A DNA stretch of 64,000 bases from an uncultured Clostridia bacterium (GCA_947626065.1 CANQQT010000001.1:30183-94182); one strand, 5' to 3'. Counted from the first letter of the stretch, positions 44,864-54,851 are shown. Numbers and translations are program-made. Notes: generated from the letters alone by a model not told the origin.

Positions 44864-45726
44864 GCGCGATCTATAAAAAGGAACTGAAATCCTATTTTTC
44901 CAACATGACCGGCTATATAGCGATTGCCCTGATTCTCGTCGTCGCGGGAATTTTGAGTCGGATTTTGAACTTCCGGGGCCTTTACGGAGGCATGGAGGGA
45001 ATCCTTCCGACGCTCAGCATGATTCTGATGCTCGCCGTCCCGATTGTCGCCATGCGCTCCTTCGCGGAGGAGCGGCAGCTGAAAACGGACCTTCTCCTCT
45101 ACTGCCTTCCCTTGAAGACGACGCAGATCGTCCTCGGCAAATATTTCGCCATGATGACGGTTTTCGCCGTCCCGACCGGGGCCATGCTCCTCTATCCGCT
45201 GATTCTCTCTATGTACGGAAAGGTGAACTTCCTGTCCGCCGTTTCCTCGCTCCTCGCCTTTTACCTGCTCTGCGGGGCCATGTGCGCCATCTGTATGTTC
45301 ATGTCCTCCCTCACCGAGTCGCAGGTCATCGCGGCGGTGCTCGGTGTTTCGGCGCTTGTCGTCTGCTACGCCTCGACGATTCTTGCGGAGGCGCTTCCCG
45401 CGACGGCCATCGCCTCCTTCCTCGCCTTCACGGTGCTGATTTGCCTCCTTGCGCTTGTGGTCTACTACTTTGCCCGCAATTACTGGGTGGCCTTTGCCGT
45501 GGGAACCGTGCTTGAGGCCGGGATGCTGATTGCCTACCTTATCGACGGAAGCCGGTTTGCGGGACTGTTCCAGAAGGTGATCGGTTCCCTTTCCCTCTTC
45601 CAGAAGATGAACGAATTCGTCTCCTTACAGCTCTTTGATACGACGGTTTTGATCTATTTCCTGTCGGTTTCCTTCCTGTTCTGCTTCTTCACGGTGCAGA
45701 CGGTGGAAAAGAGACGCTGGAGCTGA
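44860..45726 (+). CDS. ABC-2 type transporter permease
   Basis: Six-TM protein with a 4-nt overlap onto the ATPase gene. Confidence 0.85.
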   Translation: MSAIYKKELKSYFSNMTGYIAIALILVVAGILSRILNFRGLYGGMEGILPTLSMILMLAVPIVAMRSFAEERQLKTDLLLYCLPLKTTQIVLGKYFAMMTVFAVPTGAMLLYPLILSMYGKVNFLSAVSSLLAFYLLCGAMCAICMFMSSLTESQVIAAVLGVSALVVCYASTILAEALPATAIASFLAFTVLICLLALVVYYFARNYWVAFAVGTVLEAGMLIAYLIDGSRFAGLFQKVIGSLSLFQKMNEFVSLQLFDTTVLIYFLSVSFLFCFFTVQTVEKRRWS

Positions 45727-45742
45727 GAAGGGAGAGAAAGCA

Positions 45743-47236
45743 ATGAAGATGAAATTCAAAGGAAACAAAGGAAGCCTGAAGGTTTTAAAGGCGGGAGGCT
45801 ATACGGTCGTCGTCTCGGCAGTGGTTCTTGTGATTGTGGTGGTTCTGAATCTGGCGGTCGGCAAGCTCCCGAACCGGTTTACCAAATTCAGCATTTCAAA
45901 CAACGGGGAATATAACATTTCCTCGGTCAGCAGAGAGTTCATCAAGGGCGTGAAAGAGGACGTCACCGTCTACGTAGTCGCCGAGGAGGGGTCGGAGGAC
46001 GCCCCGATTCTCGAATACGTCGAGAGATATACGGGACTGAGCGGAAAGCTCCACACCGAAACGGTCGACCCCGCGCGCCGTCCCGGCTTCCTCGACCAAT
46101 ACACAGACCAGACGCTGAACGCGGCGCAGACCAACCTCGTCGTCGTCAATGAAAACAACGGCCGTTCCCGCGTCATTCCCTATACAAGCATCTACGTTTC
46201 GCAGTATTCGCAGGAGGAGCTCTACTACTATTACTACCTCTACGGATATATGCCGGACAATCCCACCTATTTCGATATCGAGCAAAGGCTGACCTCGGCG
46301 CTGGATTACGTCACAATGGAAAAGCTCCCGACCGTCTACTATACGTCGGGACACGGGGAATACGAAGTCGATTCCGGAATGAAGACGCTGTTTGAAAATG
46401 AGAACATCGCCCTTTCGGAGCTGGACATGAAGACGACAGAGGAGATCCCCGCCGACGCCGACGCGCTGATTATCTGCCTTGCCACTATGGACTTCACCGA
46501 GCAGGAAACGGAAAAGCTGAACGCATACGTGGATCAGGGGGGAACCGTGCTTCTCATCTCCCAATACGATATTGTGGAGGAGGGAAAGGAGAAAACGCTC
46601 CCAGAAAACCTCTATGCCTTCGCGGAGGGCCTCGGCCTTTCCTATGAGGATAAGCTGGTGCACGAAGGAGATACCAACCGCGTCGACACCTATTACGGCC
46701 CGCTCTATCTGAATCCGACGCTGACGGAAAACAGCTACTCGGCGGCGGTTCCGTCAAACACCCGGCTGATCATGTACTACTGCCATGCGATTCACCTTGC
46801 CGAGGATGCGCCGGAATCGGTGACCCTGTCGGAGCTGATGTCGACCTCCGTCAAGGGGTACGCAAAAACGGAAATCAAAGCGGACACCAGCGTAGAAAAG
46901 GCGGAGGGCGACGAGGAGGGTAGCTTCTGCGTCGCCGCGATGGCCGAGAAAACCACCGACAAGGGAACCGGGCGGCTGGTCTGGTTCGCCTCCCCGGCGA
47001 TTTTTGACAGCGGTACCGTCGGATACTATTCCAACTATTCCTACCTGATGGCGGTTCTCTCGCAGGCCTGCGAGAAGGGCGAGTCGATTTCGATCGATCC
47101 CACCCTGCTTTCGCAGTCGTGGCTGAACGTGTCCGACAGCGCGTCGAATATCTGGGGCGTTCTTCTGATCGGAGTCGTTCCGGTGACGGTTCTTGCCGTC
47201 GGCTTTGGCGTGTGGGCCAAGCGCCGCAACCGCTGA
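45743..47236 (+). CDS. GldG-like ABC-transport auxiliary protein (N- and C-terminal TM anchors)
   Basis: Family-typical architecture and its position after the ABC-2 permease. Confidence 0.7.
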   Translation: MKMKFKGNKGSLKVLKAGGYTVVVSAVVLVIVVVLNLAVGKLPNRFTKFSISNNGEYNISSVSREFIKGVKEDVTVYVVAEEGSEDAPILEYVERYTGLSGKLHTETVDPARRPGFLDQYTDQTLNAAQTNLVVVNENNGRSRVIPYTSIYVSQYSQEELYYYYYLYGYMPDNPTYFDIEQRLTSALDYVTMEKLPTVYYTSGHGEYEVDSGMKTLFENENIALSELDMKTTEEIPADADALIICLATMDFTEQETEKLNAYVDQGGTVLLISQYDIVEEGKEKTLPENLYAFAEGLGLSYEDKLVHEGDTNRVDTYYGPLYLNPTLTENSYSAAVPSNTRLIMYYCHAIHLAEDAPESVTLSELMSTSVKGYAKTEIKADTSVEKAEGDEEGSFCVAAMAEKTTDKGTGRLVWFASPAIFDSGTVGYYSNYSYLMAVLSQACEKGESISIDPTLLSQSWLNVSDSASNIWGVLLIGVVPVTVLAVGFGVWAKRRNR

Positions 47237-47247
47237 GAGGAGCCGGA

Positions 47248-48456
47248 ATGAAGAAAAGAAGCTCCTCAAAAAAGCTCTTGAAAAGACAGGGAGAGAAGAC
47301 CCTTCGGAGGGGCGGGAAAAATTTCCCCCGCTTCCTCTCGCTCCTTCTCTTTCTCCTCCTGCTATGCCCGGCGCCGCTTTCCCTGAACGCGGCATCCGGG
47401 AAGGGGAAGGAAACGACTGCGCAGACGGAAAGCGAAAAAGAGGAAACCGCCCCCGCCACGGAATCCGGGGAGGAGTCGGGAGACGAATCGGGAAATGCCC
47501 CCGCCGGGGAACCCGGGAAGGAGGGCTTCGTCTACTGCACAACCGGCCACGGGGAGACGGCTCTGAATAAGGAAATCACCGACTGGCTGGCAAAGCGGGG
47601 AAACGGGGTAAAGACTTTGGATTTCTCCGAAAATCCCGCCGTCCCCGCCGACGCGGCGGCTGTGGTCGTTCATATGGCCGACCGCGACTTTGAAAAAGAG
47701 GAAACCGAGGCGCTGAAAAACTATTTTGAGAGCGGCGGAAATGTTCTCCTTTTCACCTACTTCAATACGGTGCTTGAAAACCGGGTGCTCGAAAATCTCT
47801 ATGGCTTCGCGGAGGAGCTGGGGCTTTCCTACTCCGACCGGCTGGTCTTTGAAGGGGATGAGGAGAGAACCGGGGAGGACTACGGAACCTTCTTCTTTTT
47901 CCCTCGCTATAACGACTTGTTTTTGAGTGAGCCGCTTCCCGAGGACAAGCCGCTTCTTCTCTACTACTGCCACGCCATCCGGCTGGCCGAAAATCCGCCC
48001 GAGAATCTCGCGCTTACCGAGCTGTTTTCTACCTCCATCAAGGGCTATACGAGGCCGGAGATCGGAAACGGAACCGAAAAAGAGGAGGGCGACCCGGAAG
48101 GGGCCTTCTGCGTAGGCGCCATGGCCGAAAGAATCGGCGGGGAGGCGCGGGGGCGTCTGATCTGGCTCGCCACCCCGGCGCTGACCGACGAGGCGACCTA
48201 TGAAGTCTTCTCCGACTTCACCTATCTTACCTCCGTCTTTTCCTTCCTCTGCAAGGAGGAGGAGAGCGGGGAGGAAACGACCGCCACGGAAACGCTGTCG
48301 CCGGAGGAGACCGAGGTGCCGGTCACCCTGCCGCCCGCGACGCATACCGCGGGAGGAAAGTCAACGGTGGGCCGTTGGGTGGGGCTGATTCTGATTCCGG
48401 TTGCCGGCCTTGGCGTAATGGCGGCCGTGATCGGGCTGGCCCTGAAAAACCGCTGA
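47248..48456 (+). CDS. Second GldG-like paralog
   Basis: ATG at 47248 follows GAGAGGAG. It aligns with the upstream paralog (LLLYYCHAIRLAENPPENLALTELFSTSIKGY against LIMYYCHAIHLAEDAPESVTLSELMSTSVKGY). Confidence 0.7.
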   Translation: MKKRSSSKKLLKRQGEKTLRRGGKNFPRFLSLLLFLLLLCPAPLSLNAASGKGKETTAQTESEKEETAPATESGEESGDESGNAPAGEPGKEGFVYCTTGHGETALNKEITDWLAKRGNGVKTLDFSENPAVPADAAAVVVHMADRDFEKEETEALKNYFESGGNVLLFTYFNTVLENRVLENLYGFAEELGLSYSDRLVFEGDEERTGEDYGTFFFFPRYNDLFLSEPLPEDKPLLLYYCHAIRLAENPPENLALTELFSTSIKGYTRPEIGNGTEKEEGDPEGAFCVGAMAERIGGEARGRLIWLATPALTDEATYEVFSDFTYLTSVFSFLCKEEESGEETTATETLSPEETEVPVTLPPATHTAGGKSTVGRWVGLILIPVAGLGVMAAVIGLALKNR

Positions 48457-48484
48457 AAATGCAGAAAAACCGGGGGACTTACCG

Positions 48485-49699
48485 ATGAAAAAAAGAAATT
48501 CGCTGATTTTTCTTCTCGCGCTACTGACGGTTGCCGTCGTGATTTATATCGCCGTTTCGACAATCGCCAAAAAGGAAAAGGAGAAAAACACCGTGCCGGA
48601 GGAGACGGGATTTACCTTCATAGAGAAAAAGGCTTCCGACGTTTCCTCTGTGAGCTTTACCTCTTCCAAAACGGAGTTTGCAATCGAGGTTTCGGATTCC
48701 GGCTATTTTCTCAAGGCCGACCGGGACTTTCCGCTGGATTCCTCTGTGGCCTCCTCGCTTGCGGAGGCGGTTTCGGTGATTGAATGCGACCGGATGGTTT
48801 CGCAGGATCGCGCCGATTTCGCCGAATACGGCCTCAACGAGCCGCAGTGCGTCATCGAGGCGACCTACAAGGACGGAACGACGCTCCGGCTGGACGTCGG
48901 GAGCTATAACCGGCACACCGGCTCCTATTACGTCACCGTCGACGGCTCCGACAAGGTCTATCTTCTCGACGCCGGAATCGTCGACGCCTTTCAGGTCTCG
49001 ATGAACGAGCTTTTGAAGGACGAAAGCGTCACCCCGCCGGAGGACGGCGTGGAGGCGGTGACCGAAATCGAAATCGTCTTTTCCGACGGAACGAAGAGAA
49101 AATATTCCTTCACCGAGGGAAAAGAGGCCGAAACCGGCGAGGACGGGGAGGAGACCGAGGGAACGGAGGATCGCTGGATTCTGACGATTACCCGGCCCGA
49201 CGGAACGGAGGAAACCCGGACGGAGGATTTTTCCGAGGCGGCGGAGGGAATTTACGCAGAGCTTTTCCGGGCCGAGCTTGTCGAATGGGTCGACTACAAC
49301 GTGACGGAGGAGCGGCGAGGAGAATACGGACTTGAAAAGCCTTACGCAGAGGTGACCGTGACCTATACAGAAACCGTGACGGTTTCGGGTGAGGGAACCT
49401 CCTCCGACGTGACGAAGGAAACGGTTAAAACGCTGCACTTCTATTTCGGCGATGCGGTACAGGAAACGCCGGAAGTCCCCGCCGACTGTGAAACGGACGG
49501 AGGAAAGGAAACCTCTGCCGAAACCTCCACAGAGACGGCTGCCGAAGCTTCCACTGAGACCGCAGAAGAAGCCGAAGAGAAGCCCGGCGAGGAGGAAGGC
49601 CTCGACCGCTATTTCCTGCTTGACGGAGGAAAAGTCGTTTACGTAGTTTCCGAAAGCGATTTCCCCTATACGCTGACGGGGGAAAAGGGCGGGGAATGA
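48485..49699 (+). CDS. DUF4340-like protein (N-terminal TM anchor), the usual partner of GldG-type systems
   Basis: Position and architecture fit the family. The C-terminal half is acidic and low-complexity. Confidence 0.6.
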   Translation: MKKRNSLIFLLALLTVAVVIYIAVSTIAKKEKEKNTVPEETGFTFIEKKASDVSSVSFTSSKTEFAIEVSDSGYFLKADRDFPLDSSVASSLAEAVSVIECDRMVSQDRADFAEYGLNEPQCVIEATYKDGTTLRLDVGSYNRHTGSYYVTVDGSDKVYLLDAGIVDAFQVSMNELLKDESVTPPEDGVEAVTEIEIVFSDGTKRKYSFTEGKEAETGEDGEETEGTEDRWILTITRPDGTEETRTEDFSEAAEGIYAELFRAELVEWVDYNVTEERRGEYGLEKPYAEVTVTYTETVTVSGEGTSSDVTKETVKTLHFYFGDAVQETPEVPADCETDGGKETSAETSTETAAEASTETAEEAEEKPGEEEGLDRYFLLDGGKVVYVVSESDFPYTLTGEKGGE

Positions 49700-49741
49700 C
49701 CGCTGCGGAGAATAAGCTTTTGAAGCTTTTGAGGAGTCGAT

Positions 49742-50671
49742 ATGAGAGTTTATAAAAGCGTGACCGACCTCATCGGCAGAACGCCGCTTCTTGAGCTGGT
49801 CGGCTATGAAAAGAAAAACGGCCTTGCGGCGACCCTTTACGCAAAGCTGGAGAGCTTCAATCCCGCCGGGAGCGTGAAGGACCGGGTCGCGCTGGCGATG
49901 ATTGAGGACGCCGAGAAAAAAGGCCTTTTGAAGCCCGGGGCGGTCATCATCGAGCCGACGAGCGGGAATACCGGCATCGGCCTCGCCGCCGTCGCCGCCG
50001 CAAGGGGCTACAAAACGGTTCTGACGATGCCGGAGACGATGAGCAGTGAGCGCCGCCGACTTTTGAAGGCCTATGGGGCGGAGCTGATCCTTACCGACGG
50101 AGCCAAGGGCATGGCCGGGGCGATTGAAAAGGCGAACGAGCTCGCGAAAGAGATTCCCGGAGCCCTTATCGCCGGGCAGTTTACCAATCCCGCCAATCCG
50201 GAGGCGCATTTTGCCTCAACGGGGCCGGAGATCTGGGAGGACACCGACGGAGCCGTCGATATCTTCGTCGCGGGAGTCGGAACCGGCGGCACGCTTTCGG
50301 GCGTCGGAAGGTACTTAAAAAGCAAAAAACCGACCGTGCGGGTGGTCGCCGTCGAACCGGCAGACTCCCCCGTCCTCTCGGGAGGGAAAGCGGGGCCGCA
50401 CGGCCTTCAGGGCATCGGCGCAGGGTTTGTCCCGGAGACGCTTGACGTCGGGATTTATGATGAGATTATCCGAGTGACAAACGACGACGCCTACCGGACC
50501 GGGCGGGCGCTTGCGAAGGAGGAGGGACTTCTCGTCGGCATTTCCTCCGGGGCCGCCGTCTGGGCGGCGGGAGAGCTGGCCAAAAGGCCGGAAAACAGGG
50601 GAAAGGTCATCGCGGTGCTTCTCCCCGACTCGGGGGAGAGGTATCTTACCACAGAGATGTTTGAAGCATGA
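49742..50671 (+). CDS. cysK: Cysteine synthase A (O-acetylserine sulfhydrylase)
   Basis: PLP lysine motif NPAGSVKDR and the GTGGT loop. Confidence 0.93.
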   Translation: MRVYKSVTDLIGRTPLLELVGYEKKNGLAATLYAKLESFNPAGSVKDRVALAMIEDAEKKGLLKPGAVIIEPTSGNTGIGLAAVAAARGYKTVLTMPETMSSERRRLLKAYGAELILTDGAKGMAGAIEKANELAKEIPGALIAGQFTNPANPEAHFASTGPEIWEDTDGAVDIFVAGVGTGGTLSGVGRYLKSKKPTVRVVAVEPADSPVLSGGKAGPHGLQGIGAGFVPETLDVGIYDEIIRVTNDDAYRTGRALAKEEGLLVGISSGAAVWAAGELAKRPENRGKVIAVLLPDSGERYLTTEMFEA

Positions 50672-50673
50672 GA

Positions 50674-50711
50674 AAGAGGCTGTCGAAATCTTCGCTTTTC
50701 GACAGCCTCTT
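50674..50711. terminator. Bidirectional terminator (15-bp perfect stem)
   Basis: AAGAGGCTGTCGAAA-tcttcgc-TTTCGACAGCCTCTT. Confidence 0.8.
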
Positions 50712-50728
50712 ACGCTTCTTTTTCTTCC

Positions 50729-51412
50729 TCAAACAACTTGCTTTTTTGCCTCAAACACCCGGACGTCGCCAAGCAATTTTATGGCCCCGTTATCGGCGAG
50801 GATTGCCCCGGCTCCGAGGGTGGGGGCATATACCGTTTTGCCGCGTTCGGAAAGTACCCGCCGGATGGCGCTGTCCTGTGCGTCGGTTCCTTCGTAGTGA
50901 ACCTCTATGTAAAAATCGTTCAAATACGGAAGCCCCTCTCCATATTGGAAGGTGGGATAATCGCCGTCGGGAGACAGGTGGTACTCCGCTAGCTGAATCA
51001 AGGCTCCGGCGCTGTACCCCATGACGATCCCTTCATGCCTCCGTAAGCGCTCGTACAGATCGAATTCTTTGATTCGCTCCATCATTCTATCGGGAAGACC
51101 GCCCGGAAAATAGAGAATATCCGCCGCCTCAATTTTCCTTGCCGCCGATTCCTTGGTATCGGTAAAGAAATTGACAAAGGAGACGCTGTCCTCCGTTATC
51201 CCGTAGGCGGCAAGCCCACCGACAATTCCGCCGTAATATTTCCCGTTTTCTCTGCCGTACAGCGCCTCCCAGTCGGAAAGAGTTTTGACGCATTCGTCAC
51301 GGAAGGAAAAGGCGACGACGGCAACCGTGAGGCCGGGTTTTATGTACTTTTTCAGCTCCTCATAGAGCCATGGCGCGTCTGCGTCATATCCTTCAAGCAA
51401 GAGATTTATCAT
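50729..51412 (-). CDS. Type-1 glutamine-amidotransferase-like / peptidase S51 (PepE-like) protein
   Basis: ILYFPGGLPDRM...GYSAGALI pattern. The start is moved to ATG 51412 (MINLLLEG). Confidence 0.6.
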   Translation of the reverse strand: MINLLLEGYDADAPWLYEELKKYIKPGLTVAVVAFSFRDECVKTLSDWEALYGRENGKYYGGIVGGLAAYGITEDSVSFVNFFTDTKESAARKIEAADILYFPGGLPDRMMERIKEFDLYERLRRHEGIVMGYSAGALIQLAEYHLSPDGDYPTFQYGEGLPYLNDFYIEVHYEGTDAQDSAIRRVLSERGKTVYAPTLGAGAILADNGAIKLLGDVRVFEAKKQVV

Positions 51413-51517
51413 TTTTCCTATCCCTTTCACAAGAGACAAAGGCTTCCGAAAGCGTCGGTTCCCGCGCCCGCTTTTCTTCGTTCCCCGCGGCAAAGTCCGG
51501 TGCTTCAAGAAAAAGCT

Positions 51518-52570
51518 TTATTTTTCAAGAAGCGCCCGATAGATCTCGTTTTTCGGAACGCCCCGGTCCTTGGCAACTACCTTGATGGCCGCCATGCGGT
51601 CAAGTCCCATTTTTTCCGTGTAATAATCGACGTGTTCCTTGACGGAAAGGGAGGCCCAGAAGGCGTCGGAGGCCTCTTTTCTGCCCTCAAGAACAATGAC
51701 GTATTCCCCGCGCGCCGGCTCCTTCTCAAAGCGGCGGCAGGCTTCCCCTAAAGGAAGGAGAAAAAATTCCTCGTTCCTTTTGGTGATTTCCCGGCAGAAG
51801 ACGGCTCGCCGGTCGGGCCCGAGGATCTCCGCCATCAGGGCCACCGTCTCGGCGATCCGGTGGGGGGCCTCGTAGAAGAGGACGGTTCGCGTCTCGGAAG
51901 AAAGCTCCTCCAGGCGGGCACGCTTTTGATTTTGCTTTCCCTCAAGGAAGCCCTCGAAGACAAAGCGGCGGGTGGGGAGGCCCGAAACGGTGAGCGCGGC
52001 GACCGCTGCGCAGGGGCCGGGCACCGGAACGACCTTGAGGCCGTTTTCAAAGCAGAGCCTGACTAAATTCTCCCCGGGATCGCTGATTCCCGGCGTTCCG
52101 GCGTCGGTGACAAGGGCACAGCTCTGCCCGGCAAGGAGGCGGCGGAGAACCGTCTGCCCGGCGGTGCGCTTGCTGTGCTCCTCGTAGGAGACCATGGGCT
52201 TGGAAAGCCCGAAGAAAGAGAGAAGCTTTCCCGTCACGCGGGTGTCCTCCGCGGCGATGAAGTCGCATTCTCTCAGCACCTTCAGCGCGCGGAGCGTGAT
52301 ATCGTCAAGATTCCCGATGGGGGTAGCGACAAGATAGAGCGTGGCGGGGAGGATTTTGTTCTTTTCCTCCCGATCCTCGCGGGCAGAGAATTCCTGTCCG
52401 GGAAAATCCTTTTCTGCCCCGTCGCTTTCGGAGAAATCCGATGCGGGAAGCGCGTTTACGGAAAGGTTCGGCTCGGAAGGGGCCTGCCCGGGATGCTCTT
52501 TTTCGGTAAGCTCCGGAACGGAAGGCTTCCGCTCGGAAAACTTCCGCTCGGGAAAGGTCGGTTTTTTCAT
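51518..52570 (-). CDS. rsmI: 16S rRNA (cytidine1402-2'-O)-methyltransferase RsmI with a ~77-aa low-complexity N-terminal extension
   Basis: TLYLVATPIGNLDDITLRALKVL and DAGTPGISDPG motifs. ATG at 52570 follows AAAGGAG. No alternative start codon lies closer to the domain. Confidence 0.85.
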   Translation of the reverse strand: MKKPTFPERKFSERKPSVPELTEKEHPGQAPSEPNLSVNALPASDFSESDGAEKDFPGQEFSAREDREEKNKILPATLYLVATPIGNLDDITLRALKVLRECDFIAAEDTRVTGKLLSFFGLSKPMVSYEEHSKRTAGQTVLRRLLAGQSCALVTDAGTPGISDPGENLVRLCFENGLKVVPVPGPCAAVAALTVSGLPTRRFVFEGFLEGKQNQKRARLEELSSETRTVLFYEAPHRIAETVALMAEILGPDRRAVFCREITKRNEEFFLLPLGEACRRFEKEPARGEYVIVLEGRKEASDAFWASLSVKEHVDYYTEKMGLDRMAAIKVVAKDRGVPKNEIYRALLEK

Positions 52571-52622
52571 GGTCGTTCGGCTCCTTTGGGAAGGCGGTAT
52601 TGAACAGGTGGCCGCTTCCTTC

Positions 52623-53357
52623 TCAGGTCGGCCATTCCCCGGTATCGTAGAGGTATTTTGCCTCCTCCGTGGGGCGGGAGGAGTCGGGCTCCTGGAGGAA
52701 AAATGGGGGAAGCACTTCACAGCCGGGGGAAGCGCCGCGTTTTCCTTCGACAAGGAAGAGGCAGGGGCTTTTTCCCCGGCAAGGGGAAACGAAGCAGAGC
52801 CGCTTCGGCTCAAGCCTTGCCTCCCGCATCGAAAAGAGAAGATCGACGGCGCGGTCGGGACGGTAGACGGCGGTGAAAAGTCCGCCGAATTTCAGACAGG
52901 CCGCCGCCGAGGAGCAGAAGTCGGAAATATCCCCGTAGACCTCGTGCCGGGCGGCGTATTTGCCGTCGTCAAGATTTCTCTTTCCGCACCCGGTTTTGCG
53001 GTAAGGAGGATTGGTGAAGACGGCTTCGCAGGGGGTGCGGAAAGCACGCAGATCTTCCGCTACCGCCTCCACCTTGTCGGAGAGGCCGTTCAGGGCGGCG
53101 TTTCGCTTTGTCAGGTCTGCGTAGTAGTCCTGCACCTCGACGGCGTAAATCTTTTTCAGTTTGTCCCGCCCCGCAAGAAGGAGGGAAACGACGCCGCTTC
53201 CCGCGCCGAATTCGGCGGCGACGGCGTGCGGCATTCTTCGGACGAAGGCGGCAAGAAGGAGGGCGTCGGTACCGAAGAGAAGTCCGGCGCGGTTCTGAAT
53301 CAGGGACAGGCCATCGTTGATTTTCGTCAGCGTTTCGCCGGGAAAAAGGCCCTCCAT
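52623..53357 (-). CDS. SAM-dependent N6-adenine methyltransferase, tRNA1(Val) m6A37 TrmN6/YfiC-like
   Basis: FTNPPY catalytic motif and the SAM-binding sequence EFGAGSG. ATGA-type overlap with the upstream gene. Confidence 0.75.
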   Translation of the reverse strand: MEGLFPGETLTKINDGLSLIQNRAGLLFGTDALLLAAFVRRMPHAVAAEFGAGSGVVSLLLAGRDKLKKIYAVEVQDYYADLTKRNAALNGLSDKVEAVAEDLRAFRTPCEAVFTNPPYRKTGCGKRNLDDGKYAARHEVYGDISDFCSSAAACLKFGGLFTAVYRPDRAVDLLFSMREARLEPKRLCFVSPCRGKSPCLFLVEGKRGASPGCEVLPPFFLQEPDSSRPTEEAKYLYDTGEWPT

Positions 53358-54541
53358 CAGCGCAGAATCCGTATCAGCTTCGCGAAGGCCGGCAGACTGC
53401 GCTCAATCCGGCCCCGATCGACGCAATAAGCGATTCTTACGTAGCCGGGACAGCCGAAGCCGTCGCCGGGGACAAGAAGAATGTTCAGCTCCTTCGCCTT
53501 TTCGCTGAAAGCCACGGCGTCCCCGTTCGGGGCCTTGACGAAGAGATAGAAGGCCCCCTGCGGAAGGACGCAGGAATATCCGAGCGCGGTGAGCGCGGAA
53601 TAGAGAAGGTCGCGGTTTTCACGGTAGGAAGAAAAATCCGACGTCATAGAGGCGTTTTTGGCGAGAATTTTCTGCATCAGCGCCGGGGCGCAGACGTAGC
53701 CGAGCGATCGCCCCGCCCCGCAGGTTGCCGCGTAGAGTCGGTCGATGTCGGAAACGCCGTCCGGCAGGGCCACGTAGCCGATGCGCTCCCCGGGGAGGGA
53801 GAGGGATTTGGAATAGGAATAGCAGATGATCGTGTCGGGGTAGAAATCGGGCAGATAGGGCGCCGGGGTCTCGTAGGTAATCTCCCGGTAGGGCTCGTCG
53901 GAAATCAGATAAATCGGCGCGCCGAAGGTCGCCGCTTTTTCCCTCAAAAGAGCGGCAAGGGAGGCAAGCGCTTCGGAAGAGAGAAGCGCCCCCGACGGGT
54001 TGTTCGGAAAATTGACGATGACGGCGCGGGTGTGTTCGTCGATCTGCTCCGAAAGGGAGGCAAAATCGATGCCGAAGGAGACGGTGTCCGGCTTTGTCGC
54101 CCTGAAATGGGCGCCGGTGCCCTCAACGAAAACCCGGTATTCGGGGAAATAGGGGGCGACGGCGACGATGTTGTCGTCTTTTGAGGAGACGAGGGCGTGA
54201 AAAGCGATACAGAGCGAGGCGGCCGCGCCGCAGGTCATGTAGATTTTTTCGGGGGAGATTTTCGCCCCGTAGCGGGAGGCGAGGTCGGAGGCGACGCTTT
54301 TCCGGGTCGCAAAATCCCCCTGCGCGGAGGTGTAGCCGTGAACGGCACAGGGCGGCTCGTTCCGGAGAATCTCCATCGCCGTTTCGGTGAATTCTTCGGG
54401 AGGAGGCGTGGAGGGATTGCCGAGGCTGAAATCGAAGACATTTTCCTCCCCGACCGTCAAAGCGGCCTGCTTTCCGTATTCAAAAAGCTCCCGGATGGCG
54501 GAGCGGCGGCTCCCTAAATCAAACATTCTTTCAGAAATCAT
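53357..54541 (-). CDS. Class I/II pyridoxal-phosphate aminotransferase
   Basis: YSKSLSLPGERIGY contains the PLP lysine, and the fold-type I length is typical. The gene is divergent from the aromatic cluster. Confidence 0.85.
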   Translation of the reverse strand: MISERMFDLGSRRSAIRELFEYGKQAALTVGEENVFDFSLGNPSTPPPEEFTETAMEILRNEPPCAVHGYTSAQGDFATRKSVASDLASRYGAKISPEKIYMTCGAAASLCIAFHALVSSKDDNIVAVAPYFPEYRVFVEGTGAHFRATKPDTVSFGIDFASLSEQIDEHTRAVIVNFPNNPSGALLSSEALASLAALLREKAATFGAPIYLISDEPYREITYETPAPYLPDFYPDTIICYSYSKSLSLPGERIGYVALPDGVSDIDRLYAATCGAGRSLGYVCAPALMQKILAKNASMTSDFSSYRENRDLLYSALTALGYSCVLPQGAFYLFVKAPNGDAVAFSEKAKELNILLVPGDGFGCPGYVRIAYCVDRGRIERSLPAFAKLIRILR

Positions 54542-54582
54542 GTGATTCCCCGCTTTCTTTGCCTGTGAAGGGTCTTTTCTAT

Positions 54583-54611
54583 ACTATAGCACGTTTTTTT
54601 CTTTCCGTCAA
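54583..54611 (-). promoter_or_regulatory. Sigma-A type promoter (TTGACG-17-TATAGT on the minus strand)
   Basis: Reverse complement of 54606-54611 is TTGACG and of 54583-54588 is TATAGT. Confidence 0.55.
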
Positions 54612-54757
54612 GAAGGGAGGAGGAGGTTTTAAAAAATCAGCCTCCTCTTTCCCCTCCGTCAGGGGGTAAAAATGCAGTAAAAACCGGGAAAAGAAAATGC
54701 GCGAAACGGCAGACTTGACAAACTTTAAAAAACGGAAAGAAAAAGCTGTCGAAGGAC

Positions 54758-54786
54758 TTGAAAAAGAAAAAAATTAGGTCTATAAT
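54758..54786 (+). promoter_or_regulatory. Sigma-A type promoter of the aromatic cluster (TTGAAA-17-TATAAT)
   Basis: TTGAAA at 54758-54763 and TATAAT at 54781-54786. Confidence 0.65.
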
Positions 54787-54851
54787 GTTACTATCGGGAA
54801 TTTTAAACATAAAATCCGGAGAGAAAAAATCCGGAGGCTACGGAGAAGAAA

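Noticed and set aside
47362-50209. Minus-strand ORFs 47362-48345 and 48521-50209
   Set aside because: These lie antisense to the second GldG-like gene, the DUF4340-like gene and cysK.
51518-52813. Full 431-aa ORF as the RsmI coding region, and similar N-terminally extended track ORFs (47119, 56849, 50729-51508, 31836, 12849, 3076, 2918, 21491, 37752)
   Set aside because: Internal starts with good Shine-Dalgarno sequences, promoter positions, and family-typical N-termini support the shorter coordinates given in the feature table.
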